Part shown: positions 52,930 to 61,850 of the stretch, one piece after another
Position numbering within the stretch: the stretch's first letter is position 1
How the letters are laid out: every line of letters starts with the position of its first letter
Assembly (NCBI GenBank): GCA_035495415.1
Contig: DATJFY010000071.1
Location: forward strand, 1,257-65,256
Origin: Verrucomicrobiia bacterium
Lineage (GTDB): Bacteria > Methylomirabilota > Methylomirabilia > Rokubacteriales > CSP1-6
Length of the DNA stretch: 64,000 nt
Reading direction: 5' to 3'
Translations under genes and position numbers: made by a program
Notes under the pieces: generated by a model
Told to the model about the DNA's origin: nothing
Databases searched by the model: none
The model's input: the letters and a program-made list of their open reading frames with translations, nothing else

Positions 52930-55900
52930 CGCGGCAAGGCGGTCTCGACCTGCGCCAGCCAGTACGGCATGCCCAGCTCGCGGAACGTCGTCGCCGCCCG
53001 CGTCAGCTCGGTCCGCGCCGCCTCGGCGTCGCCCGTCGCCTCGGCGAGCCGCCCCAGCCCTAGCTGGCACTGCGCGACGAGCGGTCGAAGGCCGAGCGCC
53101 TCCGCGTGTGACCGCGCTTCGCGGTAGAGGGCGGCCGCCTCGCCGGCCTGTCCCTGGTGGGCGCGCACGGCGGCGAGCAGGCACAGCGCCTTCGCCTCGT
53201 GACTACGCTCGCCGAAGCGCCGGGCGAGCTCGACGGCCTGCTGCGCCTCGGTGCGCGCGTCGTCGACTCGGTCCAGGGCCAGGAAGCACTCGCCGCGGCT
53301 GACTTTCCGCGCGGAAACGTACGAGCGCGGCGGCAGCGCGCCGGGGTGGAGCAGCGCGCGCGCCTCCGGGAGGCGTCCGGCCAGGACATAGGCCCGCGCG
53401 AGATGGTCGGCGCATGCCCCCCGCATGAGGCCGATGTGCCAGGCTTCGGCGAGGGACGCGCTCCGCTCGAGCAGGGGAACGGCGTGAGCGGGCGCGCCCC
53501 GGCCCAGGTGGATCCGCCCGAGCTGGTAGATCGCGTAGAAGATCGTGTAGAGCTGTCCCGCCGCGTCCGCTTCCCGCCGCCCGCGCTCGCCGTGATCCAC
53601 CGCCTCATCGAACCGTCCGACCTCGGCGAGCGACAGGGCGAGCCATGTCCGGGTGATGACGGACGGCACGCCCAGCGAGCGGCTGGGATTGGTGTCGGTG
53701 ACGGGATCCGCCCGGAGTCCCCGCTCGAAGTGCTCGATGGCCCGCGCGTGATCGCCAAGCGCGTTGTGGGCCTGCCCCAGCTTGAGCAACGCGACGCCCA
53801 TCTGAGTCGCATCGCCGAGGCGCTCGCCGAGGGCGCGCACCTGCTCGCTGATCTCGATGGTCCGCGCCTGGTCGCCCAGTAGCCAGTGATTGTGCGCCAC
53901 CCGGTGGAGGACGTGCGCGAGGCGGCGCTCGTCGCCGGCCTGGCGCGCGAGCCGCTCCGCCTCGGCGAGGTGCTCGGCCGTGCGCGGGATCTCGCCCAAG
54001 GTGATGAGGAGATCGCGCGTCTCCAGCAGGAGGTCGACCACGCGCGCCATGACTGCCGAGGTCGGCGGCAGATGGCTCAACGCCTCGCGCGTGCTGTCGA
54101 AGAGCGTGACGGCGTCCCGGTAGGCGCCCCGCTCGGCCGCCTGGCTCGCGGTGGCGAGGAGATGCTCAACCGCCTTGTCCCAGGCCAGCGCGCGCCGGTG
54201 GTGCCCGGCGAGGGCGGCCCGATGCGCATCGAGGTCCTGCGCGTGCTCGCGCTCGATGGCCGCGGCGACCGCGGCGTGGAGCATGCGCCGCCGCGGCTCG
54301 CCGATCTCTTCGTAGGCGACGTCGCGCACGCGGTCGTGGGTGAAGTCGAAGTGCTCGCCGACCTGATGCAGGAGGCGTCGCCGCACCAGCTCCTCCATCG
54401 CATCCGCGAGCTCGCGGGTGTCGAGCCCGGCCGCCTCCCGGAGCACGCCGAGCTCGAACTCGCGCCCGATCACCGCGGCGATCCCCACCAGCTCGCGCGC
54501 GCGGCCGTCGAGGCGGTCGAGGCGCTCCCGCAGGATTCGGCGCACGCCGTCGGGCAGCGGCAGCGTCCCGTCGGCGCTCGCAAGTCCGCGCTCGTGGAGG
54601 GCGCGCAGCGTCTCCACCACCACCAGGGGATTCCCGTCGCTCGCGCGCCAGATGCGCTCCTCCAGCGAGGGATCGGCGGCGGCGGCAACTCGCCCGGCGA
54701 GCGCCCGTACGAGCTCGAGGGTCTCCGTCCTCCGCAGAGGAAGCAGGCGGACTTCCGTCAGACCCGGGTCCCGACCGAGCTCCGTGAAGATGCTGCGGGT
54801 GAACGGCACCGGATCGAGCTCCTCCACGCGGGCGGTCATGAGGAACGTGACCGCGGTGCCGACCAGCCGCCGAGCGAGGAAGGCGGTGAGGCGGAGGCTG
54901 GTCTCGTCGGCCCAGTGCACGTCCTCCAGCACGATCGCGAGCGGACCCTTTCGCCCCAGCGCGGTCAGGAGCTCTCCCACCGCCTGAAAGATGCGCAAAT
55001 GATCATCGATGCCGGCTCGCGCCGGGCCCAGGCGGCCGCCGATCTCCGGAAAGAGGCGGGCGAGCTCTTGCCGCCACGCAGCGCCGAGCCCCTTGAGCGT
55101 GTCCGTGTCGCTCAGCGCATGGCTGCCCCGGAGCGCGCCCGCCCAGAGCCCGAAGGGCAGGATGCGCTCGCTCTCGTGCGCGCGGCCCAGGACCAGCCGC
55201 AGGCCGTCGCGCTGGGCGTGCGCCACCACCTCCTCGACGAGCCGGGTCTTGCCGAGTCCCGCCTCGCCGAGGATCGCGACCACGCGCGCGTGGCCCTCGG
55301 CGCCGCGGGCGAGCTCGGCGCGCACGCGCGCGAGCTCGGCGTCTCGGCCGATGAGCGGCGGGTGGACGCTCGCCTCACCCGAGGGCGCCGCGGGGTGCGC
55401 GGCCCGCGCGGGCGGGAGGCTCTGCGTCGAGCGCTGGAGGAGGATCTCCCGGTAGAGCTGCTTCGTCTCCGGCTCGGGCTCGACCCGCAGCTCGCGCCAC
55501 AGCGCGTCCACGCACGCCTGGTAGCGTCGCAGCGCGATCGCGCCACGGCCCTGCGACGCGTACAGGCGCATCAGCGCGCGGTGCGCGGCTTCCTGAAGCG
55601 CATCGAGCGCGAGGATGCGGAGCGCGGTCTCGATCGCCCGCTCCGTCTGCCCGGCGCCGGCCTGCCGCACGAGCAGGGCGTGCAGCACCCGCAGGCTCAG
55701 CTCGCGCAGCCGCTCCCGCTGCCCGTCGAGCCAGAGCTCGAACGCGGGGTCCTTCACGGCGAGCCCGGCGAGGAGGTCGCCCCCGAGACGCGCGCCCGCC
55801 GCCTCGAGCGCCTCGAGGGTGTCCGCGCCGGCGAGGCGCTCGACCTCGAGGGCGTCCACCGCGAGGCCGGCGGGGTCGAGGGCCACCTGCTCGTGCTCGA

Positions 55901-56153
55901 CGATCAAGGCGCGCTCGCCCGACGGTCCGAGGGCGCGCCGGATCTCGAACAGGGCCTGCCGCAGGCTGTTCCGCGCCTGCTCCTCTCCCCGATCGCCCCA
56001 GAGAAGACCGGCCAGGCGAGCGCGTGATTCGGAATGGCCGGGCGTGAGCGCGAGATAGGCGATGAGGCCCTGGGCCTTCTTCGACAGGGTCACCGCTCGG
56101 TCGGCCTGCTGAGCGCGGAAGCCGCCCAGGAGGGTCAAGGTCAGACCGTGCAT
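52926..56153 (-). CDS. SARP/BTAD-family transcriptional regulator with AAA/STAND-type NTPase and TPR domains
   Basis: N-terminal OmpR-type wHTH plus BTAD (LTLLGGFRA..., LWGDRGEEQARNSLRQAL, LMRLYASQGRGAIALRRYQ). P-loop ILGEAGLGKTRL. Long C-terminal TPR-like helical repeats. ATG at 56153 has GAGGAGG 6 nt upstream; the ORF-track start at 56168 is a GTG that contains this SD. Confidence 0.9.
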   Translation of the reverse strand: MHGLTLTLLGGFRAQQADRAVTLSKKAQGLIAYLALTPGHSESRARLAGLLWGDRGEEQARNSLRQALFEIRRALGPSGERALIVEHEQVALDPAGLAVDALEVERLAGADTLEALEAAGARLGGDLLAGLAVKDPAFELWLDGQRERLRELSLRVLHALLVRQAGAGQTERAIETALRILALDALQEAAHRALMRLYASQGRGAIALRRYQACVDALWRELRVEPEPETKQLYREILLQRSTQSLPPARAAHPAAPSGEASVHPPLIGRDAELARVRAELARGAEGHARVVAILGEAGLGKTRLVEEVVAHAQRDGLRLVLGRAHESERILPFGLWAGALRGSHALSDTDTLKGLGAAWRQELARLFPEIGGRLGPARAGIDDHLRIFQAVGELLTALGRKGPLAIVLEDVHWADETSLRLTAFLARRLVGTAVTFLMTARVEELDPVPFTRSIFTELGRDPGLTEVRLLPLRRTETLELVRALAGRVAAAADPSLEERIWRASDGNPLVVVETLRALHERGLASADGTLPLPDGVRRILRERLDRLDGRARELVGIAAVIGREFELGVLREAAGLDTRELADAMEELVRRRLLHQVGEHFDFTHDRVRDVAYEEIGEPRRRMLHAAVAAAIEREHAQDLDAHRAALAGHHRRALAWDKAVEHLLATASQAAERGAYRDAVTLFDSTREALSHLPPTSAVMARVVDLLLETRDLLITLGEIPRTAEHLAEAERLARQAGDERRLAHVLHRVAHNHWLLGDQARTIEISEQVRALGERLGDATQMGVALLKLGQAHNALGDHARAIEHFERGLRADPVTDTNPSRSLGVPSVITRTWLALSLAEVGRFDEAVDHGERGRREADAAGQLYTIFYAIYQLGRIHLGRGAPAHAVPLLERSASLAEAWHIGLMRGACADHLARAYVLAGRLPEARALLHPGALPPRSYVSARKVSRGECFLALDRVDDARTEAQQAVELARRFGERSHEAKALCLLAAVRAHQGQAGEAAALYREARSHAEALGLRPLVAQCQLGLGRLAEATGDAEAARTELTRAATTFRELGMPYWLAQVETALPR

Positions 56154-56188
56154 GCACGACCTCCTCACGGAGTGACGCGACTATAGCA

Positions 56189-56217
56189 TTAACGGTTTTT
56201 TTCGACCTGTCTAACGG
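56189..56217 (+). promoter_or_regulatory. Two direct heptamers TTAACGG / CTAACGG spaced 22 bp start-to-start (candidate SARP site overlapping the -35 position)
   Basis: Heptamers at 56189..56195 and 56211..56217. GATAGT -10 candidate at 56235..56240, 17 nt after the second heptamer. SD AAGGAGGA precedes the ATG at 56263. Confidence 0.4.
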
Positions 56218-56262
56218 CGCCCGAACGACCGGGGGATAGTCCTGGGACAAGGAGGATCGACC

Positions 56263-57495
56263 ATGAAGAACGTCCGCTGGGCTGCGTTCTGCTGCTTCGC
56301 CGTCGCGGCGCTGCTGCTCGCCACGCCCGATGTCCGCGCCGACATCGTCACCGACGCCAACGCCCGGGCGGCCGACACCGTCTCGCGCTTTCCCGCGCCG
56401 CCCATCACCGTGCGGATGATGGCCATCGTGCAAGTGTCGGTGTTCGAATCGGTCAACGCGATCACCGGCCGCTATCCGGCGTACCGCGCGAAGCTCGCGC
56501 CGGCGCCCGGCGCCTCGGTCGACGCCGCCGTCGCCTCGGCCACGCGCACCGCGCTCCTCAAGCTCATGCCCGCGGCCCAGCACCCCGTGGTGGAGGCCGA
56601 CTATCAGGCGCTGATCGCCGGCGTGCCCGATGGCCCCGCGAAAGCGGCGGGCATCGCGCTCGGCGAGCAGGCCGCTGCCACGATCGTGGCGTCGTGCGCT
56701 GATGACGGCGCCATCGCGCCCGACGGATATCGGCCCCACGCCGCCCCCGGCGTGTACGTGCCCACGATGCTGCCGGCGACGCCCCACTGGGGGAAGCGCC
56801 GCCCGTGGACGCTGACGCGCCCTGACCAGTTTCGGCCGGGGCCGCCGCCGAGCCTGACGAGTGACACCTGGGCGCGCGACTACAACGAGATCAAGGCGCT
56901 CGGGGCACGCAACAGCACCGTGCGCACGGCCGAGCAGACGGCCATCGCGAAATTCTGGGAGGCGACGCTTCCGAGCGTCTACTGGCCGATCGCCCGCGCC
57001 GTCGCGGCCGCGCCCGGGCGCGAGGTGACGGACAACGCACGCTTCCTCGCGGTGGCGGCGATGGCCATGGACGACGCGCTCATCGCGGTGTTCGACGCCA
57101 AGTACATTTACAACTTCTGGCGGCCGGTCACCGCCATCCGTAACGGCGACCTGGACGGCAACGACGCCACCGAGCGCGAGGCCGGTTGGGTGCCGTTCAT
57201 CGACACGCCCATGCACCCGGAGTACCCGTGCGCGCACTGCATCGTGTCGGGCGCGCTGGGCGGGGTGCTGACCGCGGAGATCGGCGCGGGGCCGACGCCG
57301 ACCCTGCGTTCCACCAGCTACACGGCGGCCGGCGCGGCGCGAGGCTGGACGAGCGTGAGCGACTTCACCCAGGAGGTGTCCCTCGCTCGCATCCTGGACG
57401 GCGTGCACTACCGGAACTCGACCGCCGTCGGGTCCGAGATGGGGAGAAAGATCGGCGAGCAGGCGACCGCGACCTTTCCGAAGCCGATCCGCTAG
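56263..57495 (+). CDS. Secreted vanadium-dependent haloperoxidase / PAP2-superfamily protein
   Basis: Signal peptide MKNVRWAAFCCFAVAALLLATPDVRA. Motifs KYIYNFWRP (KxxxxxxRP), HPEYPCAHC (PSGH position), ARILDGVHYRNS (Rx5H). Confidence 0.8.
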   Translation: MKNVRWAAFCCFAVAALLLATPDVRADIVTDANARAADTVSRFPAPPITVRMMAIVQVSVFESVNAITGRYPAYRAKLAPAPGASVDAAVASATRTALLKLMPAAQHPVVEADYQALIAGVPDGPAKAAGIALGEQAAATIVASCADDGAIAPDGYRPHAAPGVYVPTMLPATPHWGKRRPWTLTRPDQFRPGPPPSLTSDTWARDYNEIKALGARNSTVRTAEQTAIAKFWEATLPSVYWPIARAVAAAPGREVTDNARFLAVAAMAMDDALIAVFDAKYIYNFWRPVTAIRNGDLDGNDATEREAGWVPFIDTPMHPEYPCAHCIVSGALGGVLTAEIGAGPTPTLRSTSYTAAGAARGWTSVSDFTQEVSLARILDGVHYRNSTAVGSEMGRKIGEQATATFPKPIR

Positions 57496-57852
57496 CTACC
57501 TGACCTTGGCCTCTGGGCCGGTCAGCGGCACGTAGTCGTACTCGCCGATGCCCTGCAGCACGAGGAAGGTTGCGGAGGATTCGCCCGCGTTCGTGACGAG
57601 GTGCGCCCGCCCGGGCCGGACGGTGTAGGTCTCGCCCGGCGCGAGGCGCACTTCTTCCTTGGGATCGCGCAGGAAGATGCGCAGGCGCCCCTCCAGCACG
57701 TAGAAGGTGTCCTGCACCCGGGTGTGGTAGTGCCACGGCACCTGCTGCGTGGGTGAGATCTGCAGCTCCGAGATGCGGAAGCCCGGCCGCTCGGCGTGGC
57801 GCGCCCGGCGTTCAACCTCGTAGAGATGACTCGAATCTTTGACCGCATTCAT
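57496..57852 (-). CDS. Cupin-domain protein
   Basis: 118 aa. VPWHYHTRVQDTFYVLEGRL...GRAHLVTNAG. ATGA overlap with the upstream gene. Confidence 0.8.
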   Translation of the reverse strand: MNAVKDSSHLYEVERRARHAERPGFRISELQISPTQQVPWHYHTRVQDTFYVLEGRLRIFLRDPKEEVRLAPGETYTVRPGRAHLVTNAGESSATFLVLQGIGEYDYVPLTGPEAKVR

Positions 57853-58292
57853 ACGCTGCCTCCTTCCCCGGCGGCGGCGCCGAGGCGTCTCACCCAGGTC
57901 TCGAATTCTTCTCCGAGGCCACCCCGACGCGCGGCCGCGCGCATCTCGGCGGTGGGCGCGCCCTCGTGCGCCAGCTCGAACAGGAGCAGGGAAGCCAGAT
58001 GCTCGCGGTGCCGCCCCACATAGCCTACAACTCCCGCGGCGTCGCGCGCCTTCCACACCTCGCCGAACCCGCCCACGATCGCGGTGACCGGCGCGGCGTG
58101 CGCGCTCAATCCCGCCTTGCGCAGCACGGCCGGCAGATGGCCGATCGCCTCCTCGTGGACGAGGGCGGCGATGCGAAGCACGCGGGTCGGCGTCCCGGCG
58201 GCGCGGCGCACGCGGGTGGCGACGGCGTCGATGTGCTCGCGCAGCGGGGCGGCGAGGGTGGGAGCCAGCAGACGGGTCGCCAGGACGTCCAT
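57849..58292 (-). CDS. Hypothetical protein (helical, 147 aa)
   Basis: ATG at 58292 within ORF 57849..58658. Translationally coupled to the cupin gene. No family recognised. Confidence 0.5.
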   Translation of the reverse strand: MDVLATRLLAPTLAAPLREHIDAVATRVRRAAGTPTRVLRIAALVHEEAIGHLPAVLRKAGLSAHAAPVTAIVGGFGEVWKARDAAGVVGYVGRHREHLASLLLFELAHEGAPTAEMRAAARRGGLGEEFETWVRRLGAAAGEGGSV

Positions 58293-58335
58293 CGCGGTGC
58301 CTGATTCTCTCACAAGGTGAGGGTAGAATGTCGCG

Positions 58336-59100
58336 GTGGACGCGACCCTGGCCGTCATGGTGGAGGCCGCGCGCGCGGGGGGCGCCATCGCGCGTGAGCG
58401 GCAGCGCCGTGGCTTCGACGTCATCATCAAAGGCGACGGGTCGCCGGTCACCGACGCCGATCGCGACGCGGAGGCGGCGGTGGCCCGAGTGCTCGCCGCC
58501 GCGTATCCCGAGTACGGCTGGCTCGGCGAGGAGACGGGCGCGCGCGGCTCCACCGCCTGCCGGTTCATCGTCGATCCCATCGACGGCACGCGTAACTTCG
58601 TGAAGGGCCTGCCCCAGTGGGCGACCTTGGTGGCGCTGGAAGAGGACGGCGTGGTCATGGCGGGCGTCGTCTACCAGCCCGTCCCCGACGTCCTGCACGT
58701 GGCCCGTCGCGGCGAAGGCGCCTACGCCGACGGCGCCCGGATTCACGTCTCCGCGGTCGGCGAGCTGCGGCAGGGCACGCTGCTCCACGGCGCGCTCGGC
58801 ATGCTGCGTCCGCCGGAGCTCTGGGACGGCTTTCTGCGCCTCGTCGACGCCACCACCTATCAGCGCGGCTTCGGCGACTACCTCTCGTTCACCACGGTGG
58901 CGGAAGGCAAGGGCGAGGTGGCCCTGACCCCGGGCGTGAAGCCCTGGGACCTCGCCGCGCTGCGCCTCCTCGTCGAAGAGGCGGGCGGGGTCTTCACCGA
59001 CTTCGAGGGCAAGCCCACCATCTACTCGTCCACCGCCTTCGCCACCAACGGGCGGTTGCACGCCGCCGCCCTCGCCCGCTTCCGAGGAGAGATGCCATGA
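58336..59100 (+). CDS. Inositol monophosphatase family protein (IMPase/HisN-like)
   Basis: PVTDADRDAE, GEETG, IVDPIDGTRNF, KPWDLAA. Confidence 0.85.
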   Translation: MDATLAVMVEAARAGGAIARERQRRGFDVIIKGDGSPVTDADRDAEAAVARVLAAAYPEYGWLGEETGARGSTACRFIVDPIDGTRNFVKGLPQWATLVALEEDGVVMAGVVYQPVPDVLHVARRGEGAYADGARIHVSAVGELRQGTLLHGALGMLRPPELWDGFLRLVDATTYQRGFGDYLSFTTVAEGKGEVALTPGVKPWDLAALRLLVEEAGGVFTDFEGKPTIYSSTAFATNGRLHAAALARFRGEMP

Positions 59101-60158
59101 CGCGCGTGAGCGAGCTGGATACCCCGGTCGTCACCATCCGCCTCGACATCATGGAGGCGAACATCCGCCGCGTGCAGGGGCTCCTCGACCGCCGCGGCAT
59201 CGGCAATCGCCCGCACATCAAGACCCACAAGATCCCCGCCATCGGCGCGCAACAGATGGCCGCGGGGGCGATGGGGATCACCTGTCAGAAGCTCGGGGAG
59301 GTCGAGGTGTTCGCCGACGCCGGCGTGGCTGACGACGTCCTTCTCACGTACAACATCCTCGGAGCGGCGAAGGCCGAGCGGCTCATGGCGGCGAACCGCC
59401 GCATCCGGCGGCTCACCGTCGCGCTCGACAACGAGGTGGTGGCACGGGGCCTCTCCGAGGCGGCGGCGCGGGCGGGCCAGGATCTGCGCTTCGTGGTGGA
59501 CTGCGACACCGGCATGGGGCGCACCGGCGTGCAGACGCCGCAGGCCGCGGTGGACCTCGCGCGCATGGCCATGACGCTGCCGCGTCTGCAGTTCCAGGGG
59601 CTCATGACCTTCCCCAGCCGGGATCCCGACACCCGGGTCTTCTTCGAGGCGGCGCTGGCGCTCTTCAAGCAGGCGGGGATCGCGGTGCCGGTCGTCTCGG
59701 GCGGCGGCACGCCCGCGCTCGCCACCGTGGACCGCTTCCCCATGCTCACCGAGCATCGCGCGGGGACCTGCGTGTTCAACGATGCGATGGTGGTGTCCAC
59801 CGGCACGGCGACGTGGGAGGACTGCGCGATGCGGGTGCGCGCCACGGTGGTGAGCCGGCCCACGCCCGAGCGTGCGGTGCTGGACGCCGGGTCGAAGGTG
59901 CTCACCTCCGACCAGTACTTCATGAAGGGCTTCGGCCACGTGATGGAATACGGGGAGGCCGCGATCACCCACCTCTCCGAGGAGCACGCGGTGGTGGACT
60001 TGAGCGCGTGCCCCGAGCGTCCGATGGTGGGCGACGTGGTGGAGGTGGTGCCGAACCACTGCTGCGTGGTCTCGAACATGGTGGACGAGCTCCACGGGGT
60101 GCGCGGCGGCGCCGTCGAGGTGGTGTGGCCGGTCGCCGCGCGCGGCCGGGTGCGCTAG
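59097..60158 (+). CDS. PLP-dependent D-threonine aldolase / DSD1-type D-serine dehydratase family (alanine racemase N-terminal fold)
   Basis: ATGA overlap with the upstream gene. PLP-Lys context RPHIKTHKIPAIG. C-terminal EEHAVVDL...VVPNHCC. Confidence 0.8.
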   Translation: MTRVSELDTPVVTIRLDIMEANIRRVQGLLDRRGIGNRPHIKTHKIPAIGAQQMAAGAMGITCQKLGEVEVFADAGVADDVLLTYNILGAAKAERLMAANRRIRRLTVALDNEVVARGLSEAAARAGQDLRFVVDCDTGMGRTGVQTPQAAVDLARMAMTLPRLQFQGLMTFPSRDPDTRVFFEAALALFKQAGIAVPVVSGGGTPALATVDRFPMLTEHRAGTCVFNDAMVVSTGTATWEDCAMRVRATVVSRPTPERAVLDAGSKVLTSDQYFMKGFGHVMEYGEAAITHLSEEHAVVDLSACPERPMVGDVVEVVPNHCCVVSNMVDELHGVRGGAVEVVWPVAARGRVR

Positions 60159-60160
60159 CC

Positions 60161-61792
60161 ATGGCCACGCGCACCGGCGCGCAGCTCCTCGTCGACGCGC
60201 TCGTCGCCGCGGGCGTCCCGCACCTCTTCTCCCTGTCCGGCAATCAGATCCTGTCCGTCTACGACGCGACCATCGAGCAGCCGATCTCCATCCTCCACAC
60301 CCGCCACGAGGCAGGCGCGGTGCACATGGCCGACGCCTGGGGCCGGCTCACCGAGCGGCCGGGCGTGGCGCTGGTGACGGCGGGTCCCGGTCATCTCAAC
60401 GCGATCTCGGCGCTGTATGGCGCGCTGATGTCGGAGTCGCCGATGGTGCTGCTCTCCGGCCACGCCCCCAAGGCCCAGGCGGGGCGCGGCGCCTTCCAGG
60501 AGATCGACCAGGTCGGCGCAGCGCGGCCGGTGACCAAGGCGGCATGGCGCGTCGAGAGCGCGGCGGGCATGGGCGACGACATGGCGCGCGCCCTCGTGCT
60601 CGCCGCGAGCGGGCGGCCGGGGCCGGTGCACCTGAGCCTGCCGGGCGATCTGCTCGACGCGAAGGTGGCCGAGGCGCCCGCCGCGGCGCCCGCCCCGTCC
60701 GGGCACGAGCCGACGCTCGTCCCCGAGGTCACGATCGCGCAGATCCTCGAGCGGCTCGAGTCCGCGCGCCGCCCGCTGATCGTGGTCGGGCCCGCCATGG
60801 CCCGCGCGCCGCGCGGCGCCGCGGTTGCGGCCCTCAGCCGCGCCACCGGTATTCCCGCCTTGCCCGTCGAGAGCCCGCGCGGTCTGAACGACCCGTGGCT
60901 TCACATGGCCGCGACGGTCTTCGCGCAGGCCGACGCGGTGCTGCTGCTGGGCAAGCGCCTCGACTACGGGCTGCGCTTCGGCGACGCCGGCGTCTTCGCG
61001 CCCGACCGCCGCATTCTGCAAGTGGACTGGGACGCCGCCGCCCTCGCGAATGACGCGCGCGTTGAGCTCTCGCTGGTGGCCGATCCGGCACGTGTGGCCG
61101 AGCGCCTCGCCGCCGAGGCGGCCGGTCGGCGGTGGAAGCACGCGGCCTGGGGCGACGAGGTGCGCGCCGCGCGCGAGGCCGTGCCCGGGGGCTGGGCCGC
61201 GCTGCGCGGCGCGACGTCACGCCCCATTCATCCGCTCCGCGTGGCGGCCGCCCTTCAGCCGTTGCTCGATCGCGGCGCCATCCTCGTCGCCGACGGCGGC
61301 GAGTTCGGCCAGTGGATCCAGGCGGGCTGCGAGGCGGGCACGCGCCTCATCAACGGGCCGTCAGGCTCGATCGGCAGCGCGATTCCGATGGCGCTCGGCG
61401 CCAAGGCCGCCCATCCCGACACCCTCGTCATCGCCGCGCTGGGAGACGGCACGTTCGGCTTCCACGCCTTCGAGCTCGACACGGCGGTGCGCCACGGCCT
61501 GCCCATCGTCGCCGTGGTGGGCAACGATGCGCGCTGGAACGCCGAGCATCAGCTCCAGCTCCAGCACTACGGCGCCGAGCGCACCGTGGGCTGCGAGCTG
61601 CGCCCCACCCGCTACGATCGGGTCGCGGCCGCGCTGGGCGCCCACGCCGAGCACGTCGAGTACCCGGGGGATCTGGACGGGGCGCTCGCGCGGGCCGTGG
61701 CGGCCTCCGCCTCCGGCCGTCCCGCCTGCATCAATGTGTTCATCGACGGCATCCCCGCGCCCACCTACCGCGCCGGGGCCGGCGCGCACTAG
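60161..61792 (+). CDS. Thiamine-diphosphate-dependent enzyme (acetolactate synthase large-subunit-like)
   Basis: GAQLLVDALVAAGVPHLFSLSGNQIL, HEAGAVHMADAWGRLT, ThDP motif GDGTFGF...NDARWN. Confidence 0.9.
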   Translation: MATRTGAQLLVDALVAAGVPHLFSLSGNQILSVYDATIEQPISILHTRHEAGAVHMADAWGRLTERPGVALVTAGPGHLNAISALYGALMSESPMVLLSGHAPKAQAGRGAFQEIDQVGAARPVTKAAWRVESAAGMGDDMARALVLAASGRPGPVHLSLPGDLLDAKVAEAPAAAPAPSGHEPTLVPEVTIAQILERLESARRPLIVVGPAMARAPRGAAVAALSRATGIPALPVESPRGLNDPWLHMAATVFAQADAVLLLGKRLDYGLRFGDAGVFAPDRRILQVDWDAAALANDARVELSLVADPARVAERLAAEAAGRRWKHAAWGDEVRAAREAVPGGWAALRGATSRPIHPLRVAAALQPLLDRGAILVADGGEFGQWIQAGCEAGTRLINGPSGSIGSAIPMALGAKAAHPDTLVIAALGDGTFGFHAFELDTAVRHGLPIVAVVGNDARWNAEHQLQLQHYGAERTVGCELRPTRYDRVAAALGAHAEHVEYPGDLDGALARAVAASASGRPACINVFIDGIPAPTYRAGAGAH

Positions 61793-61850
61793 GTCGAGCA
61801 GCCGGCGCCGGGGCGGGCCCCGGTGCCGGCTGCGGGAGTAGACGCGGCGA

